Positions 50,201 through 63,108 of a stretch of 64,000 nucleotides of DNA are shown in pieces. Position numbers and translations under genes: made by a program. This DNA comes from Marsupella aquatica (lineage: Eukaryota > Plantae > Marchantiophyta): assembly GCA_973895155.1 (NCBI GenBank), contig OZ316891.1, positions 20,100,169 to 20,164,168 on the forward strand, read 5' to 3'. Below the pieces are notes generated by a model that saw only the letters and a list, made by a program, of their open reading frames with translations, was not told the DNA's origin and made no database searches. How positions within the stretch are numbered: position 1 is the first letter of the stretch; every line of letters starts with the position of its first letter.

Positions 50201-52034
50201 TTTTTAATATTCAAAAGAGTATATTTGTTTCCTGTTTACTCGCATGTTGTAATTACCCAATCAATTATTTGAGACACTCAAACTTATTTGGCTCTTTGGT
50301 TTTCCTAGGTTTTTCACTTTTATGGTTCTTGGCCCTTTTTGAGTTTTTGTTCTTTAAAATTGTGATAGGTACGTGAGGCCGAGGTTAAGTTGAGTGTGGG
50401 GCGAGCTTGGGAGAATCAATTTCCACTTGAGTTTGTTCTCTTTATGCTGGCGAGCTTCCATCCTTGCATGCAAAGTTTTGTCCACAAATCTCTGGTGGTC
50501 GTGTGCACTTGAAAAGCAAGTTTCATATTTAGAAGTACCTTTGTAATCATATACGTTGATCTGATGCTCCCTGGTAGATAAGGTCGATCCTTTTTTAGAA
50601 ATAACTTTGTCACATTTATTCATTAGATCCGATACTCTGTAGTAGATAAGGTCAAGCTGTTTTTACATGTTGTGACGCATAGCATGTGCAGCATGTTTCA
50701 ATTCTGTCTTGTAGTGATTTATTAATGACCGTTAGAGTATCTCAGATAATAAAATTTAATTTTGAGATAGTTGTATTATTCACTTGGGCAAAGTAAGTAG
50801 ATTGAGTGACATTGAAGTCAATTCTGTTTAATTTTTTTTTCAACTTTTAAAAAATCATAATTTATACGAACGTGACTGAACAAAGTGGAATGAACCGAAA
50901 GCTCAAGAGGGAAAATACCAAAACAAAAGAGACAAAGGTCACAAGGGAAAAACAAAAAATAAATTCTGTGGTAGACGTTTGCCGTTCTATTATAACTGTA
51001 GAATTTAATATTATTGTCATTAAGATGATGTGTCAAGCAAATGCATTATTTAATATATGAACTAATATAATACAAATACTCTATATGAAGAAGTTTTAGT
51101 AATAACTAACTATCATATCTATTTCCATGATCAAGTGGTTAAACAGTTGGCCCTCACAAGTATTTTAACTTGTTCAGAGTTAGGGTCATTCTAACTAAAC
51201 CTTATGCTAACTAGATTATTCTCACGTCCCTACATGGTGAATGGATGTCGAGAGCTAAATTTGAAAAATTAAATTAATCACATAATACACGTTGCACTAA
51301 GGTTTTATTCTATTCCGAAGGCAATAACCCGCTTAACATGCCAAAGAAAAATGACATGTGCATTTACAAGTGACCCCTTCAAGAGATATTATATATTTTA
51401 TTTATTTATGGCCTGCCATGTCATTTCCCCGACTGGATGAAAGCAACATCTCAGGCTTCATGTTTCCCCACCCAGCACAAGCCAACCCTATGACCTCCGC
51501 TACAATTGAGGTGTTTCCCTCTTCAGAGAGCTTCCCTTCCACTCCAAGCTTGGCTCCTGATTCATTAATAACAGTTAATACAACATTAGCATTCAAATTT
51601 GAACACCTCAAATGTTGGATGGGGAATTGAACCCCACACTGTCCAAAGGCACTATTTCAAGGCAAGGTCTCAATGCATAAGAAAAATCTCCATCAAACTT
51701 TCATGAAACTAAAGCAAACCAAGAACCCTGAGCTTAGTGAATAATTATCTGCATGGAGTATTAAACTGAGACACAGGGCCGCCTAGTTGAGTGTGCAGAC
51801 CATGGCATGGTGGGGGTTCAAGAACTGTCCTCACTTAACTTGTTCCCGGCCGAGCCCGATTCTGTGTGGAGTGCTCTAACAGCTATAGTGAATCTCCAAT
51901 ACTCCCCAATTTTCCAGGAACAGATCTCCAACTGTCTACATCATGCCTGTTCCAGCAATTTCTTGACAGGAAAGGATAGGATTCCTCAGTCAATCAATCA
52001 ATTTGACACAGATCCATCACAAGTGGAGAAGGTG

Positions 52035-52160
52035 TATGCTCATCGTGCCTGATCCAGCAATTTGTTGGAGAAAATCTATGCTCATCATGCCTGATCCAGC
52101 AATGTGTTGGAGAAAATCTATGCTCATCATGCCTGATCCAGCAATTTGTTGACAAGAAAG
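52035..52160. repeat. 42-bp tandem repeat x3
   Basis: TATGCTCATC(A/G)TGCCTGATCCAGCAAT(T/G)TGTTG starting at 52035, 52077 and 52119. Confidence 0.85.
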
Positions 52161-52394
52161 GATTCTTCAATCAATGATTTTGGGAATACCCATCACATGG
52201 ACAAAGTGGACAAGCCCACCTGCTACAAGGCGACAATGGAAGTCTATCCCAAAAGATTTGTTACCTTTCCTGACCCTTCAGCTTTTCCCCCTCTTTTTAG
52301 GGAACTTGGGAGTAGCTTAGGGCGCCTTTACAAAGACTCATGCCCCATTGCTTTGTTTTATTCTACCTGCCATTAAATCTGGAGCAACGACAAC

Positions 52395-52835
52395 CGTTGG
52401 GTTTACAAGACTCGGGCCCTATTATGTTTCTATATATCTTGTAAGAGTAAATCTAAACTCTCACAGTTGGCTTTACTGGACTCGGGGTCTATTATTTTTT
52501 AATATTTCACCTAAGATTAAACCTAGACCGCATAATGAGTGGAAACAGTCACAGTTGGTTTGACAGGACTTGGGGGCTGGGGCCCAATGTTCCTTTTTAT
52601 TCCCTTTGAGCCTAAATTTGGACTATGTAATGAGTGACAGCCCCACTTGGCTTTACAAGACTCGGCCCATTGTTTTGTTTCGTATCTTGATTAAATCAGG
52701 ACTATAATGAGTGATAATTGTCACGTTTTGCTTTACAAAAACCACGGGCCAAATGCTTTTTCTTATGCCCTTGAAAACTATTTGGACTAATGAGTAGAAA
52801 AGCCACAGCTGGCTCTACAAAAACTCGGGCCCATT
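52395..52835. repeat. Degenerate ~70-90 bp tandem array (about 6 units)
   Basis: Recurring TTGGCTTTACAAGACTCGGGCCCA...GGACTATAATGAGT-like blocks. Confidence 0.6.
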
Positions 52836-55624
52836 AGGGTATGGTGTCAATGATCCTGCATAGCAAAGCAATGGGCCCCAAGGAGGATTTTTCCCCCCCA
52901 AGGAGATGTTGATACGGAGCGCTTATTTTGTATAGAATGTTAGAAAAATTCCACAGGTGGTACAAACATTTCCAAACTTTGGCTCTCTCATTTCCAAATG
53001 ATTCTGGTGTTGGAGTCTATCTTTAGTACAAGAATTGGCCCTCATACTGGGTTTTCCAATACCCTGGGGGCCCTTGAGTGTATCTCCCAGGGTACCTCCA
53101 TCCAATGGAGGGAGAGCCTGTTGCATACACTAAAGTTCAAATGCCTGAGCCAATTGTGTCAAGTCTGGAGATTATAAATGCAAAGTCCTTGAATAGAAAT
53201 GGTCTATTGGTTCTTTTAGACCCTAGTTGTGCCCCCAAGTTCATGTAATGTGAAATGTTTGAATGGCTAGGATTGCATCTCACAAACAGAAAAAAAACTG
53301 CTGCCCCCAAGTTTTTGTAAAGCCCCCTAATTTTAGGTGTTGAAAAAAAGTGGAAAGGGCTGCAATTGGATTCACATAAACTCTAGGGGCCACTCAAGAA
53401 TGGTGTCTACCAATATTACATGGCAAGCATCGGGCCCAAGGAACTGCTGAGTATTTATTTTGTGTAGAATTTTAGACCACCTCCACAGTTGGTCCAAACA
53501 TTTTGCAAATCCAAATATTTCTGGTCTAGAGTCTACCTGTAGAACAAGATTTGGCCCTCCAATTTGGGTTGGAGCTCAGTAGGGATTTAGTTCATTAGCC
53601 ATTATTAAGGACTCCTAGGCTATGTGGCTCATCCTTCATTCAAGTGATTTGGATTCCCAAATATATTTGGTCTCTGGTCTATTTGTAGAACAAGACTTGG
53701 CTCTTCAATTTGCTTCAGATCTCTACTAGGCCTTTCAGTCCGGTGCTCAACAGGCCTTTAGGGTCGTCTGGCATGTGCAGAGTCCTTCAGTTTCCGGCCC
53801 TGAACTGAACATCTGAAATGCCCACATTGAGTGAGACTTTTATGCCAGTTGCGGAACTCGACTACCTTAACACTTAGCTCCGGCATCGCTGACTCCGACG
53901 CCGAGCTCCCTTATGGTCCAGGCCCGAATAGGCCATCCGGGGAGAACTTAGCATGGGGAGACTTGTGGGCAATGGGGCATGGCACTGGCGAAGGCAAGGC
54001 GCTAAGCTGGTGGCACACACTAAGGACTTAGACTAGCTGAGGGCTGGTCGGGTCAAGGGGAAAAGGGCCGGGCTCAAGGTCAACCGTCCGGACCCCCGAA
54101 CGGACTTTGATTTCTGAGGGTTTGAGTGAGAGCTCCTCTTGGGCCCAAGACCAATGGAGTTGACTCCATGGGCAACAAATCCTTGGGGCGTGAATTATGG
54201 CCCGATCCGGGTTTGGCCAATCGGGGCCCCGGGCAATGATGAGATCTGAGGGCCTAGGTGTGAGCACTGGGTCGGCCCGATCATAACAGGCTAAGACACT
54301 CCGCTTGCGGACGCCTAACTAGAAAGTTATGGGCATTGCCAGTTGATGGCATGCCCAAACATGTAGGTTGGGGTCCAGGTGGGGGGCCAAAATTTGGGGA
54401 CCAAAGTTGGTCCGGGGGTGACAGGTCTCCAGAAGCATATATGAGGGGAGTGGTGTCTCCCTAGGGGCTAAGGGCAAGCCGAAGTCGTGAGACGTGGCAG
54501 TCGCGACACTAAGGAAAAACGCCAAACAGAAATGGCAATAACTTCCCAACGGGAAGTTCGTTGGAGGACTTCTTGGGTGCATTGGAAAGTTCTCAAGGAG
54601 GGCTACATCCTCCTGAGCTCAGATGGGTCTAGGGGTGCCATAGGATTCTCTTGGTGCGTAGGGGCTATCTCACCTGCGTGCCGAATCCTACCAAAACAAC
54701 AGCCAAGCCGCGTTCAGTTTCTCAAGGGAGCTTGCGTTGGGGAGGCAAGGCCAAGTAGGCGTGGAGGTTGGGTTCCAAGGGCACTTGGCCCCTAGACCAT
54801 CAGTTGGGCAAGAATTGGGAGTTGGTTGCTAGAGTTAGGGTCATTCTGGTCCCGGTGTGTTGGGAAAAGTTTGGGACAAACTTTATGACAAGATACGCTA
54901 CTTTGGCCGTGAGCATGTCTTGGGGGCAGGGCGGTCAGTTGGTGATGGATAGGTACGAGGGGGAACCCAGGCTGCGCCCAAGGAATGAGCTCTTCTGGAT
55001 GAAGAGTGAGTGTCAGCTCTGGTTCTGACTTATGGCATGAGGAGGATATATTGCTGACCTACTTACCAATGTCTATTGAGCTTGAGTTAGGATGCTAGAC
55101 TGGGGAGATCTAGATCCCGAGGGGTTACTTATCGAGACACTTGGTTGTTTGTGTAGATAGTGAGGACCGTTGAGTAGCGGTCGTGTTGGAGAGCAAGTGC
55201 GGCTTCGTATGGGAGGGGCTGTAGGCGGTGCAAGGGGCATCAAGTTGCTTGCTCGAGGTCTTCTGTGGAGGCTTTCGGGCACCAGGGGCATTTAGGCGTG
55301 GGTGTTGGGATTGGTGAGGGAGTTGGGTGCCAAGGTCCACCACTATGCCTCAAGTTCCTCCTTAGCCCTGAGGGCATTCTAAGCGGAGGTCCTCAATCCT
55401 TGAAATTGGAAGAAAAGAAAGAGACAATTCCCAAAATAGCCCTGTAAAGTGTGGATGTGAGATGACAAGCAGGACCGCATAGGATTTGGTAGTTCACAAG
55501 TAACAAGGTAAGCAGATCATGTGGAGATTTGGGTATGCTAGTCATATACATCTTTGGGAGTGCTAAGGGCCGGGAAGTTGTGAGACGATACATGCAAGAC
55601 GACCCTAATTAGTTCTTTAGCTGT

Positions 55625-56510
55625 CATTGGCTAGTGGGTTTCTTGACTCTTTGATATTCCGGGATTTTTTCCTTGTTTTTCTCCCCTTTCTTGGTTCACT
55701 TGCGTTTGTGATCCAGACTCCAGTCTCTATCAGCCGTCACTGTGGACCGGTGGGCTTTTTGTCTCGTTGGTCCCCTTCTATTTTTCCTTCTTTTCTCCTT
55801 CTTTATTGCGTCTCTTGCCTTTGGGATGCTATCTCTTGGTTATTATTATCGTGAAAGTGAAAAACAATGACAAGTGGCTCCCTCCCCCCCTTCTTCAGCC
55901 AAAAGTGTCCCTTCTTCAGCCAAAATTGTGGGCTTGTGGGCTTTTTGAGCTTCTATTTTTCCTTTTTTTTTTCTTCTTCTTTGTTAGGTCTCTTGCCTTT
56001 GGGATGCTATTTTCCAATTAATTTTTATGGCAAACGGGAATTACAATCACAAGTGGCTTCCCCCTCCCTACTCTTTAGCAATCATTGTGGACAGGTGGGC
56101 TTTTAGGCCTTCTATTTTTCCTTTCTCTTCATCTTCTTTGTTGGGTGTAGTCTCTGGTGGGATCCTGTCTCCTATTGTTAGTATGGTGAAAGAAAAACAA
56201 TCACAAGTGGCCCCCCGCCCCCTTTAGCGAGTATTTTTCCTTTCTTTTCATCTTCTTTGATTAGGTGTCGTCTCTGCGGGATCCCGTATCCGATTATTAT
56301 TATGCTGGAAGTGAAAAACAATCACAAGTGCCACCAACCCCAACCCCAACCCCCCTCGCCTCTTTAGCGATCAGTGTGGACAGGTGGGCTTTTTGGTTTT
56401 CTATTTTTCCTTTCTTTTCATCGTCTTTGTTGGGTGCCGTCTCTGGTGGGATCCAGTCTCCTATTTATTAGTATGGTGAATGAAAGTGAAAAACAATCAC
56501 AAGTGCCCCC
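55625..56510. repeat. Degenerate tandem array of ~100-170 bp units (about 6)
   Basis: Recurring GTGGACAGGTGGGCTTTT...TTCTATTTTTCCTT...GGGAT...GAAAAACAATCACAAGTG followed by a C-run. Confidence 0.7.
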
Positions 56511-57137
56511 CTCCCCCCCCCCCAACTCCTGCCCCCCGCCAAGCTTCTTGGAAAGCTACCCTTGGAAGTTTCCAAACTTTGTTTTTGTGGCGGTGTCTGG
56601 GTCAGCTTTTGGACTTGAGGTAGGGTCTTTTGCTTTCCCAGGACTCTTCAAGCCCTGCTGAGTGACGGATACCGAGTCTCCTAATTATGTGGCTGCTTTA
56701 CATTCAATGTGCAGTGGGGTCAGTAGTCAGTACTAGTCTCCTAGAAAGTCGAAACCCTCTAGTGGAAGCTCCTCTTTCCGAAGTTCGCGCTCCTCGCTCA
56801 CCGCCGCGGGCCTGTTGATCCCTCGATTTCTGGGCCTTCGCCGCTATAATTGTTTGCTGCTCTCCCTCGATCTGCTCGATCTGCTCCATTCTGCTCGAAC
56901 GGATCTCGAGCTTGGGCTGTACAGTATACCTTTCCAAGGTGAGGCTCTCGAGCTTTCAAGCTTTTTAGTTTTCAAGCTTTGAAGGGGTGAAGGACTGCTG
57001 TGTGGGTTCTCGAAGAAAGCGGAAGCACTTGATCGCTCCTCGTCTTCGAATTGGAAGCTCGCGTAGGAAGGGTGAAGAACTGCGGTGTGGGTTCTCGAAG
57101 AAAGCGAATTGGAAGCTTGAGTGGGAAGGGGCCGAAG

Positions 57138-58406
57138 ATGGGTGAAGAAGAATGCTCCTCGTCCAGCTGTTACTTCGACAGTATCAGTGGGGAGGTGCTG
57201 GAGCTGATCCTAGCTCGCTTGCCGGTGAGCACTCTGCTAACTGCAGGGCAGGTGTGCAAGGATTGGTGCACGGTGATCCGATCGCGCCGATTCATAGAGT
57301 ACTATGACACGGTGGCGTTGCGTAAATCATGGTTCTTCCAGTGCTGCGTGAACTACCTGTGCCCTGCGAAAAATCAAGGCTATGGGTACGAGCCGGAGAC
57401 GAAGCTATGGCACCGCATCAGCTCCAAATGCTTTCCGACCGACCGAGGCAACGCCCTGGCAGGGAGCCCGGACGGAACTGTCTACACAAGATTTAGTCTT
57501 ACCGAGGTCATCTACAAGCGTGAGTTGTTGTCGAATCTTTGGGAACGGGCACCCGACTTGCACAGCTCCCGCAACAGCCCCCTGTTGGGATTACTGGAAT
57601 CCTCCGCCAATCCTAATTCTCACAAGCTTATAGTCGCTGGTGGCGTATCCTTTTTCGAGGAGGATGATCTAGCCGTGGAAGTATACGACTCTTGTCTGGG
57701 ATCGTGGGAGTCGTGCCAGGGTCTTCCGATTGAGTTCCGAGGGAACTGTTCTCGACATTGGATGACGTCAGCTGTCGCCGGTGGGAAGTTCTACATTGCT
57801 GAGAAATACTGCGGAGCTACTGCCTTCTTTGATTTCGACGCGAAGTCTTGGAGCTCTGTGAGGCAGTTGAGGCCACCTGGTGTGGTGGACTCGCACCTGC
57901 TTTCATGCCAGGGCCGTCTGCTCGTGGCTGGCTCGTGTTATTCCTCTGATAGCCGCAGCTTCAAGATCTGGGAGGTGAATGAAGAGACATTGGAATGTGG
58001 TCCGGTGATTACAACGATGCCTTCGGACCTATTGAGCACTTGTGCTGATCCCGGCGAGGATGGTGGAGAGAGGAAAGGTGAAGGACTTACATGCGTGGCC
58101 TACGGGGATTTGATCTACGTTTTCTTCCCGATCTTCTTCCGGGAGGTGAGTCGAGACAACCAGGTGGTAGTGTGCGACTTGTCACAGAGGAGCAACGTTT
58201 CCTGGACATTGCTTCCACCACTTCCATCAGATGCCTCTTACAATCACGTGATTGGACTTACGTCCCGTGTGAAGTTGGAATTTTTGGTTCGCCAAGGGAA
58301 TGAGGAGACCTGCCCTTTAGCAGGAATCGAATCTCCTTTGGCAGGAATGGAACCGGAGATGTATAAAGAGATGGAAGAATTTCAGCGGCATGCGGGCCGC
58401 TTTTAG
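57138..58406 (+). CDS. F-box/kelch-repeat protein, 422 aa, intronless CDS
   Basis: F-box (ISGEVLELILARLPV...VCKDW) followed by kelch-like repeats (LIVAGG...LAVEVYDS...SWE..QGLPIEFR); first ATG at 57138 (the track starts at a TTG, 57051). Confidence 0.9.
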   Translation: MGEEECSSSSCYFDSISGEVLELILARLPVSTLLTAGQVCKDWCTVIRSRRFIEYYDTVALRKSWFFQCCVNYLCPAKNQGYGYEPETKLWHRISSKCFPTDRGNALAGSPDGTVYTRFSLTEVIYKRELLSNLWERAPDLHSSRNSPLLGLLESSANPNSHKLIVAGGVSFFEEDDLAVEVYDSCLGSWESCQGLPIEFRGNCSRHWMTSAVAGGKFYIAEKYCGATAFFDFDAKSWSSVRQLRPPGVVDSHLLSCQGRLLVAGSCYSSDSRSFKIWEVNEETLECGPVITTMPSDLLSTCADPGEDGGERKGEGLTCVAYGDLIYVFFPIFFREVSRDNQVVVCDLSQRSNVSWTLLPPLPSDASYNHVIGLTSRVKLEFLVRQGNEETCPLAGIESPLAGMEPEMYKEMEEFQRHAGRF

Positions 58407-60119
58407 GCGGTTTTAGAAGAGTACTGTCAGATTGCTTCTAATCTCGAGCTTGTACGGGATTGAATGGTGGGTTGATGGATGAGCTACGTTGTTTGTTGAA
58501 CTAGTGCTGTCCACCACGAACAACGAAATGTATTATTGTATATAAACTCGTGAAAGATTCAAAGTTTCTAGTGCAAGCGTTTCTTGTAGATCTCGTACCT
58601 TGTCGTGAGAATTGATGCAAGGGCTGCTCAAATTTTTGTCTCACCATAGACTAGAAGCTGTCTGCCAAGCAGAAATAAACTTTCCCTGCCCACATTTGCT
58701 GCAAGATGGAATTTGAGTTGTTTTGCGTCCATTGAATCCATATCAGTACTGTGAAGACCTCTGTTTCTGAAGTTCCTAATGCTTCGACTGTCGTCGTGAG
58801 GCTCATGTTTGGACTGGAAACTACACAACTCATGTGGTTCAGGGAGTTTGAGATCGACGTTACAATTTGTGGACCGTGCCAATTTGTTGGACGGTTTATT
58901 GGATTGACCAAAGTGGGACAGGGCTCTCAATGGCGTGAATTTGACGGACAGTTTGTTAATTTGACGGACAGTTTGTTAATTATTGGATCTGTGGGAAACC
59001 TGCCGAAGTGCCCCATGCATGTGAGAAGACCTCCATCCCGACATCGCCTCATGGTCATAGGGTCCCCCTTAATTGATTATACATGTCCTTGACCACGGGG
59101 GCGTGTAACAAAGAATACTAGCGGCTTATGGCACCGCAAACTGACCATCGGTGAAGTCGAGATTGTCGAGAGGGTGCTGTGTTTCCTGGATAGAAATTGA
59201 ATTGGACTTAGCCAAACCGTCTATGGGGAACCCTATGACCTCTACAGCACTGCAAAGACTCTGCGAATAACCTGACTTTCAATTTGCTCTGTTTAAACCT
59301 TTAGGAATTTTCTACTCTCAACCATCAGCTCTGAACGACTTCTTCCAGCCCAATTCAATGCACTGCCAATTTGCCATGTTAGACGAACTTTTGGGAAATC
59401 TTTATTCTCAACCATCAGCTCGAAATGTGCTCTTACTGTCCAATTCAATTTCGTTCCAGGAGAGTCCTTTACTTTCAAAATTAGTCCTCCTTGCCCTCCG
59501 TCCTCTGCCCATGGAGGGCCCAGTGATGTCAAGTTTGGCCCTTGGTTTCCTATGACCGACCAAAGTATGTCAGGTTTGGAAGGTGACCTCTGAATTTAAA
59601 CGCACGTGCAGACGAGGGTTATGACCCCAGACTGGGTAAGAAGTTCATTTGTCGTAGTCAAAAGAGACACTGTGAGCAGGCAAGCCTTACACATTACGCA
59701 GTCATTGAAGAGGCACACGATACAAGATATTGATCCTTGTCCAAAGTTCTCAGTGGTTACTCGGTCTGTATTAAAGCGCACACGAGTGGGCCCTCTCCTT
59801 CTAAGGACGAGGATCAATGACGTTGTTTAAGAATTAGTCCTTGCCCTATGGAGGGCCAGTGATATCGAACTTTGGTCCTGCGTTTCCTGTGGAACGATCA
59901 AAGCTGTTCAGGTAGCAGAGGTGATATTTGAAGCGAAACGTGCACACGAGGAGGATGATCAGAGACTGGCTAAGAATTTCATTTTTGGTAGCGAGAAGAG
60001 TCAGAGAATGTGAACAGGACTTCTAACCTCTGTTGGATGGGCCTGCTTTCGGCTTTCAAGGCAAAACAAACAAAAAAAGTCAGAGAGTGTGAGCAGGCAA
60101 ACCTTCCGCATTGCTCGAT

Positions 60120-60565
60120 CAGTCTTTGAATTTGGCACACGATATAAGACACTGATCCTCTCAGTTCTCAGTTCTCAGTGATTGTTGCTTTGAAGTTGGC
60201 ACAAGATACAAGACATTGATCCTCGTCCCAAGTTCTCAGAGATTATTCAGTCTTTGAATTTGACACACAATAAAAGACATTGATCCTGGTCCAAAGTTAT
60301 CAGTGATTACTGATTACTCAGTCTTTGAATTGGCACACTATACAAGACAGTGATCCTGGTCCAAAGTCCTCACTGATTGCTGAATTTGGCACACTATACA
60401 AGACATTGATCCGGTTCAAAAGTTCTCACTGATTGCTAAGTCGTCAAAGAGGCACGAGATACAAGAGGTTGATCCTCGTCCAAAGTTCTCAGTGATTACT
60501 CAGTCTTACAAATTGAAGAGGCACACGATACAAGACATTGATCCTCGTCCAAAGTTCCCAGTGAT
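60120..60565. repeat. Tandem array of ~50-70 bp units (about 7-8), plus an outlier copy at ~59700-59770
   Basis: GGCACACGATACAAGACATTGATCCTCGTCCAAAGTTCTCAGTGATT repeated. Confidence 0.85.
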
Positions 60566-63108
60566 GATCGTCACGCTGGAGAACCTTCAATGCAACCCGA
60601 CAATTAACGCAAATTCAGAAAGGACTTACGCTGTTCGCCCTTATTAGTCTTACTATTTCTATTTGGATGATATTTGGATGACTCCACAAAATTGGGACGT
60701 TGCAGGATATAGGTGTGACCAAGGTAGTATTTCTCGGAACACTCCACAAGAATTGGACGTTGCAAGATATAGATGTACCAAGGTTAATTTTAGAGTGACA
60801 CTATTTACACTATATGCTCATTAAACAGTCATTACTAATCTTATTTGAGGTATGCAAGCAAGGGCAGTTTTGAAAAGAGTTGTGTTTGTGATGGGTCTGT
60901 GAATGGACATACTCAAAACTGAAGTCAAATGACCAAATATGCCTTTACTAAAAATCCAAATTTTAGAGTGACACTGTTTCCATGTGCATTAAATAGTAAT
61001 TCTCTAATATTATTTGAGGTATGTTAGCAAGAGAAATTTCACTGAGACTTAGGAAAACGAACAAGTGTATCTCTGGTGGGTTACGGATTGACATATTCGT
61101 CAAATGACCATATAGCTTTACTAAAAATACAAGAGAACATTGCAATGACTGACAATATCAGTTTGGGAAACGAAAATTACTACAGTAATCATTAGGCAAA
61201 TGGCTGGCCCATTCCTTTGGTCCTGCATGGGGACCCTTTCTGGCTGTATAAATGGGAATACACCGTACCAGTTCTGTTGACAGGTGACGAAAGTAGAAAC
61301 ATACTGATCAACTGGCCAATAATGGGTGTCATCTGAATGGGAGGGGAAATTACTTAAAGGGTGGGCTCCGACAGCTGCACGAAAAAAGATAAATGTGAAC
61401 TGCCAAAACGAGGGCAACCCAAACGATTTGCATGAAGTGTATCCTCCAACAAAAAACACTAGTGTACTCTCTTGTAGAAGGGTGATGACTAAATAAGAGG
61501 GAGTTCTCTAATCTGTAAAACCACCTGACAAACGGCAATAGTGAAATTTCTTCGGCTAGGGTTGAGTTGGGAAAGAAGCTGATTGTAAAAAGCAGGGAGG
61601 AAACGATATACTGCAGAAACTCTCAAGGACTCTCAACACTCACCTTTGGACCATTCAACTTGAGAATAATATGACGATGACAGTTTTCGTACGTGTTTGG
61701 CTTGTGAATGTTCACTTGAGAAGAGCAGTCCATCTTACTGAGAAGTCATTTAGAGCTGATGATTACGATTAGACGATGCTTCGGGGGTCCTTCTTCAGAA
61801 GTCATTTGGAGCTGGTGGTTGAGGTTCGAAGATCTTCGAAGGTTCTTCTTAACAACTCCTTTAGAGTGACGCTATTCGCAGAATCTTTGCAGTGTTGTTG
61901 TAGAGGTCTTTGCAGTACCGGTCTGGCAAATTCAAGAGATTCCTGGCTTCAAATATATTTGCAGCAGATAACGACTCCTATCTTCCACTTTCCATGGACT
62001 TGCAATATCCAGCCAAATAAACTCCGTCAAATTTTCCTATCTTGCATGCAATGTCTTCATGATCTCTATATGCTACGGAAGAACTGACAATCCTGTGGGA
62101 GCCCATGGCAGCTGATTTTCAATGAGCAGTTCGGTAGTTTGGTTTTGCGAGCAACTTCGCCAAGAGAATTGGTACATTCCAATCTTCCTCCCACGGAGCA
62201 ACAAAGTTCTGGGACACTGATCAATAAACAAACTGGAGCACCTTAACGTAAAAGGCGTAACGGTGGATAGGCACTAAAGGCAAGCATCGTTTTCTTCGGA
62301 AAATTAGAAGTCTGGCACCTGCGTAATAAACACATTCACAATCCATCTTGGTGCGCCCGATACCACCAAACCTGCTCGAGCTTTAAAGTGGACGGCGATT
62401 TGGCGACAGAAAAAATTGTGGGAGAAATAATAGTATGAGTTACAACGAAGCCTAAAGCCCTTGCAAATTCTTGTTTGGAATCGATGCAGACAACTCAAGG
62501 ACCTCAACTGAAGGTGTAAGCAATGTAACAGGTTTCGAGCTGTGAAACCGCATTGCAAGTGTCTGGCTTCACCCTCGGCTGCTGTTTAATGGCCTCCAGG
62601 ACTAGTGACAGGAACGTTGATGCTTTATAGCACTGAAATCGATAAACTTGGCTATTAAAGCATAAAACTGTCATGATATAAACCAGACAACATGTAAATA
62701 TTACAACGCTATTTTTGCAATTCTTCACCACCCATATGGGAGTTTCAGTGCCTCCCAACCGAGAAGCTGAAATTCTATGTCCAGTCACTTACCTTCGGTG
62801 TGACTGACAGAATGAATGCTGCAGTGACATTCCTAACAGTATGATATCCTAGGAACAGGGACTCCACTCGTTGTGCAGATTAATGCCTAGTACTATGAAA
62901 GGAAATCCCAACTTCGTTGTCTTATTGTAGAATGGAATTGATAGAAAACTAATGATTAGAAACATAAATCCCCAATTGATATAACCCAATCCCGGCTACA
63001 GCCTCACCACCTCTCCATATTGATGGGATTTGAAATTCGAAGAAGCGCAACTGGAGGTATGAAGAAATATACATATGATATACATCGAACCAGCTGTCGA
63101 CCCAGCTG

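Noticed and set aside
49341-50623. Possible MULE transposase fragments (also 24500-25250)
   Set aside because: Short, interrupted and without a recognisable catalytic or SWIM motif.
57051-57137. N-terminal extension of the F-box ORF
   Set aside because: Starts at a TTG inside a locally duplicated leader; ATG 57138 is more plausible.
60120-60565. CRISPR-like appearance of the ~60-bp array
   Set aside because: No unique spacers; a simple degenerate tandem repeat.
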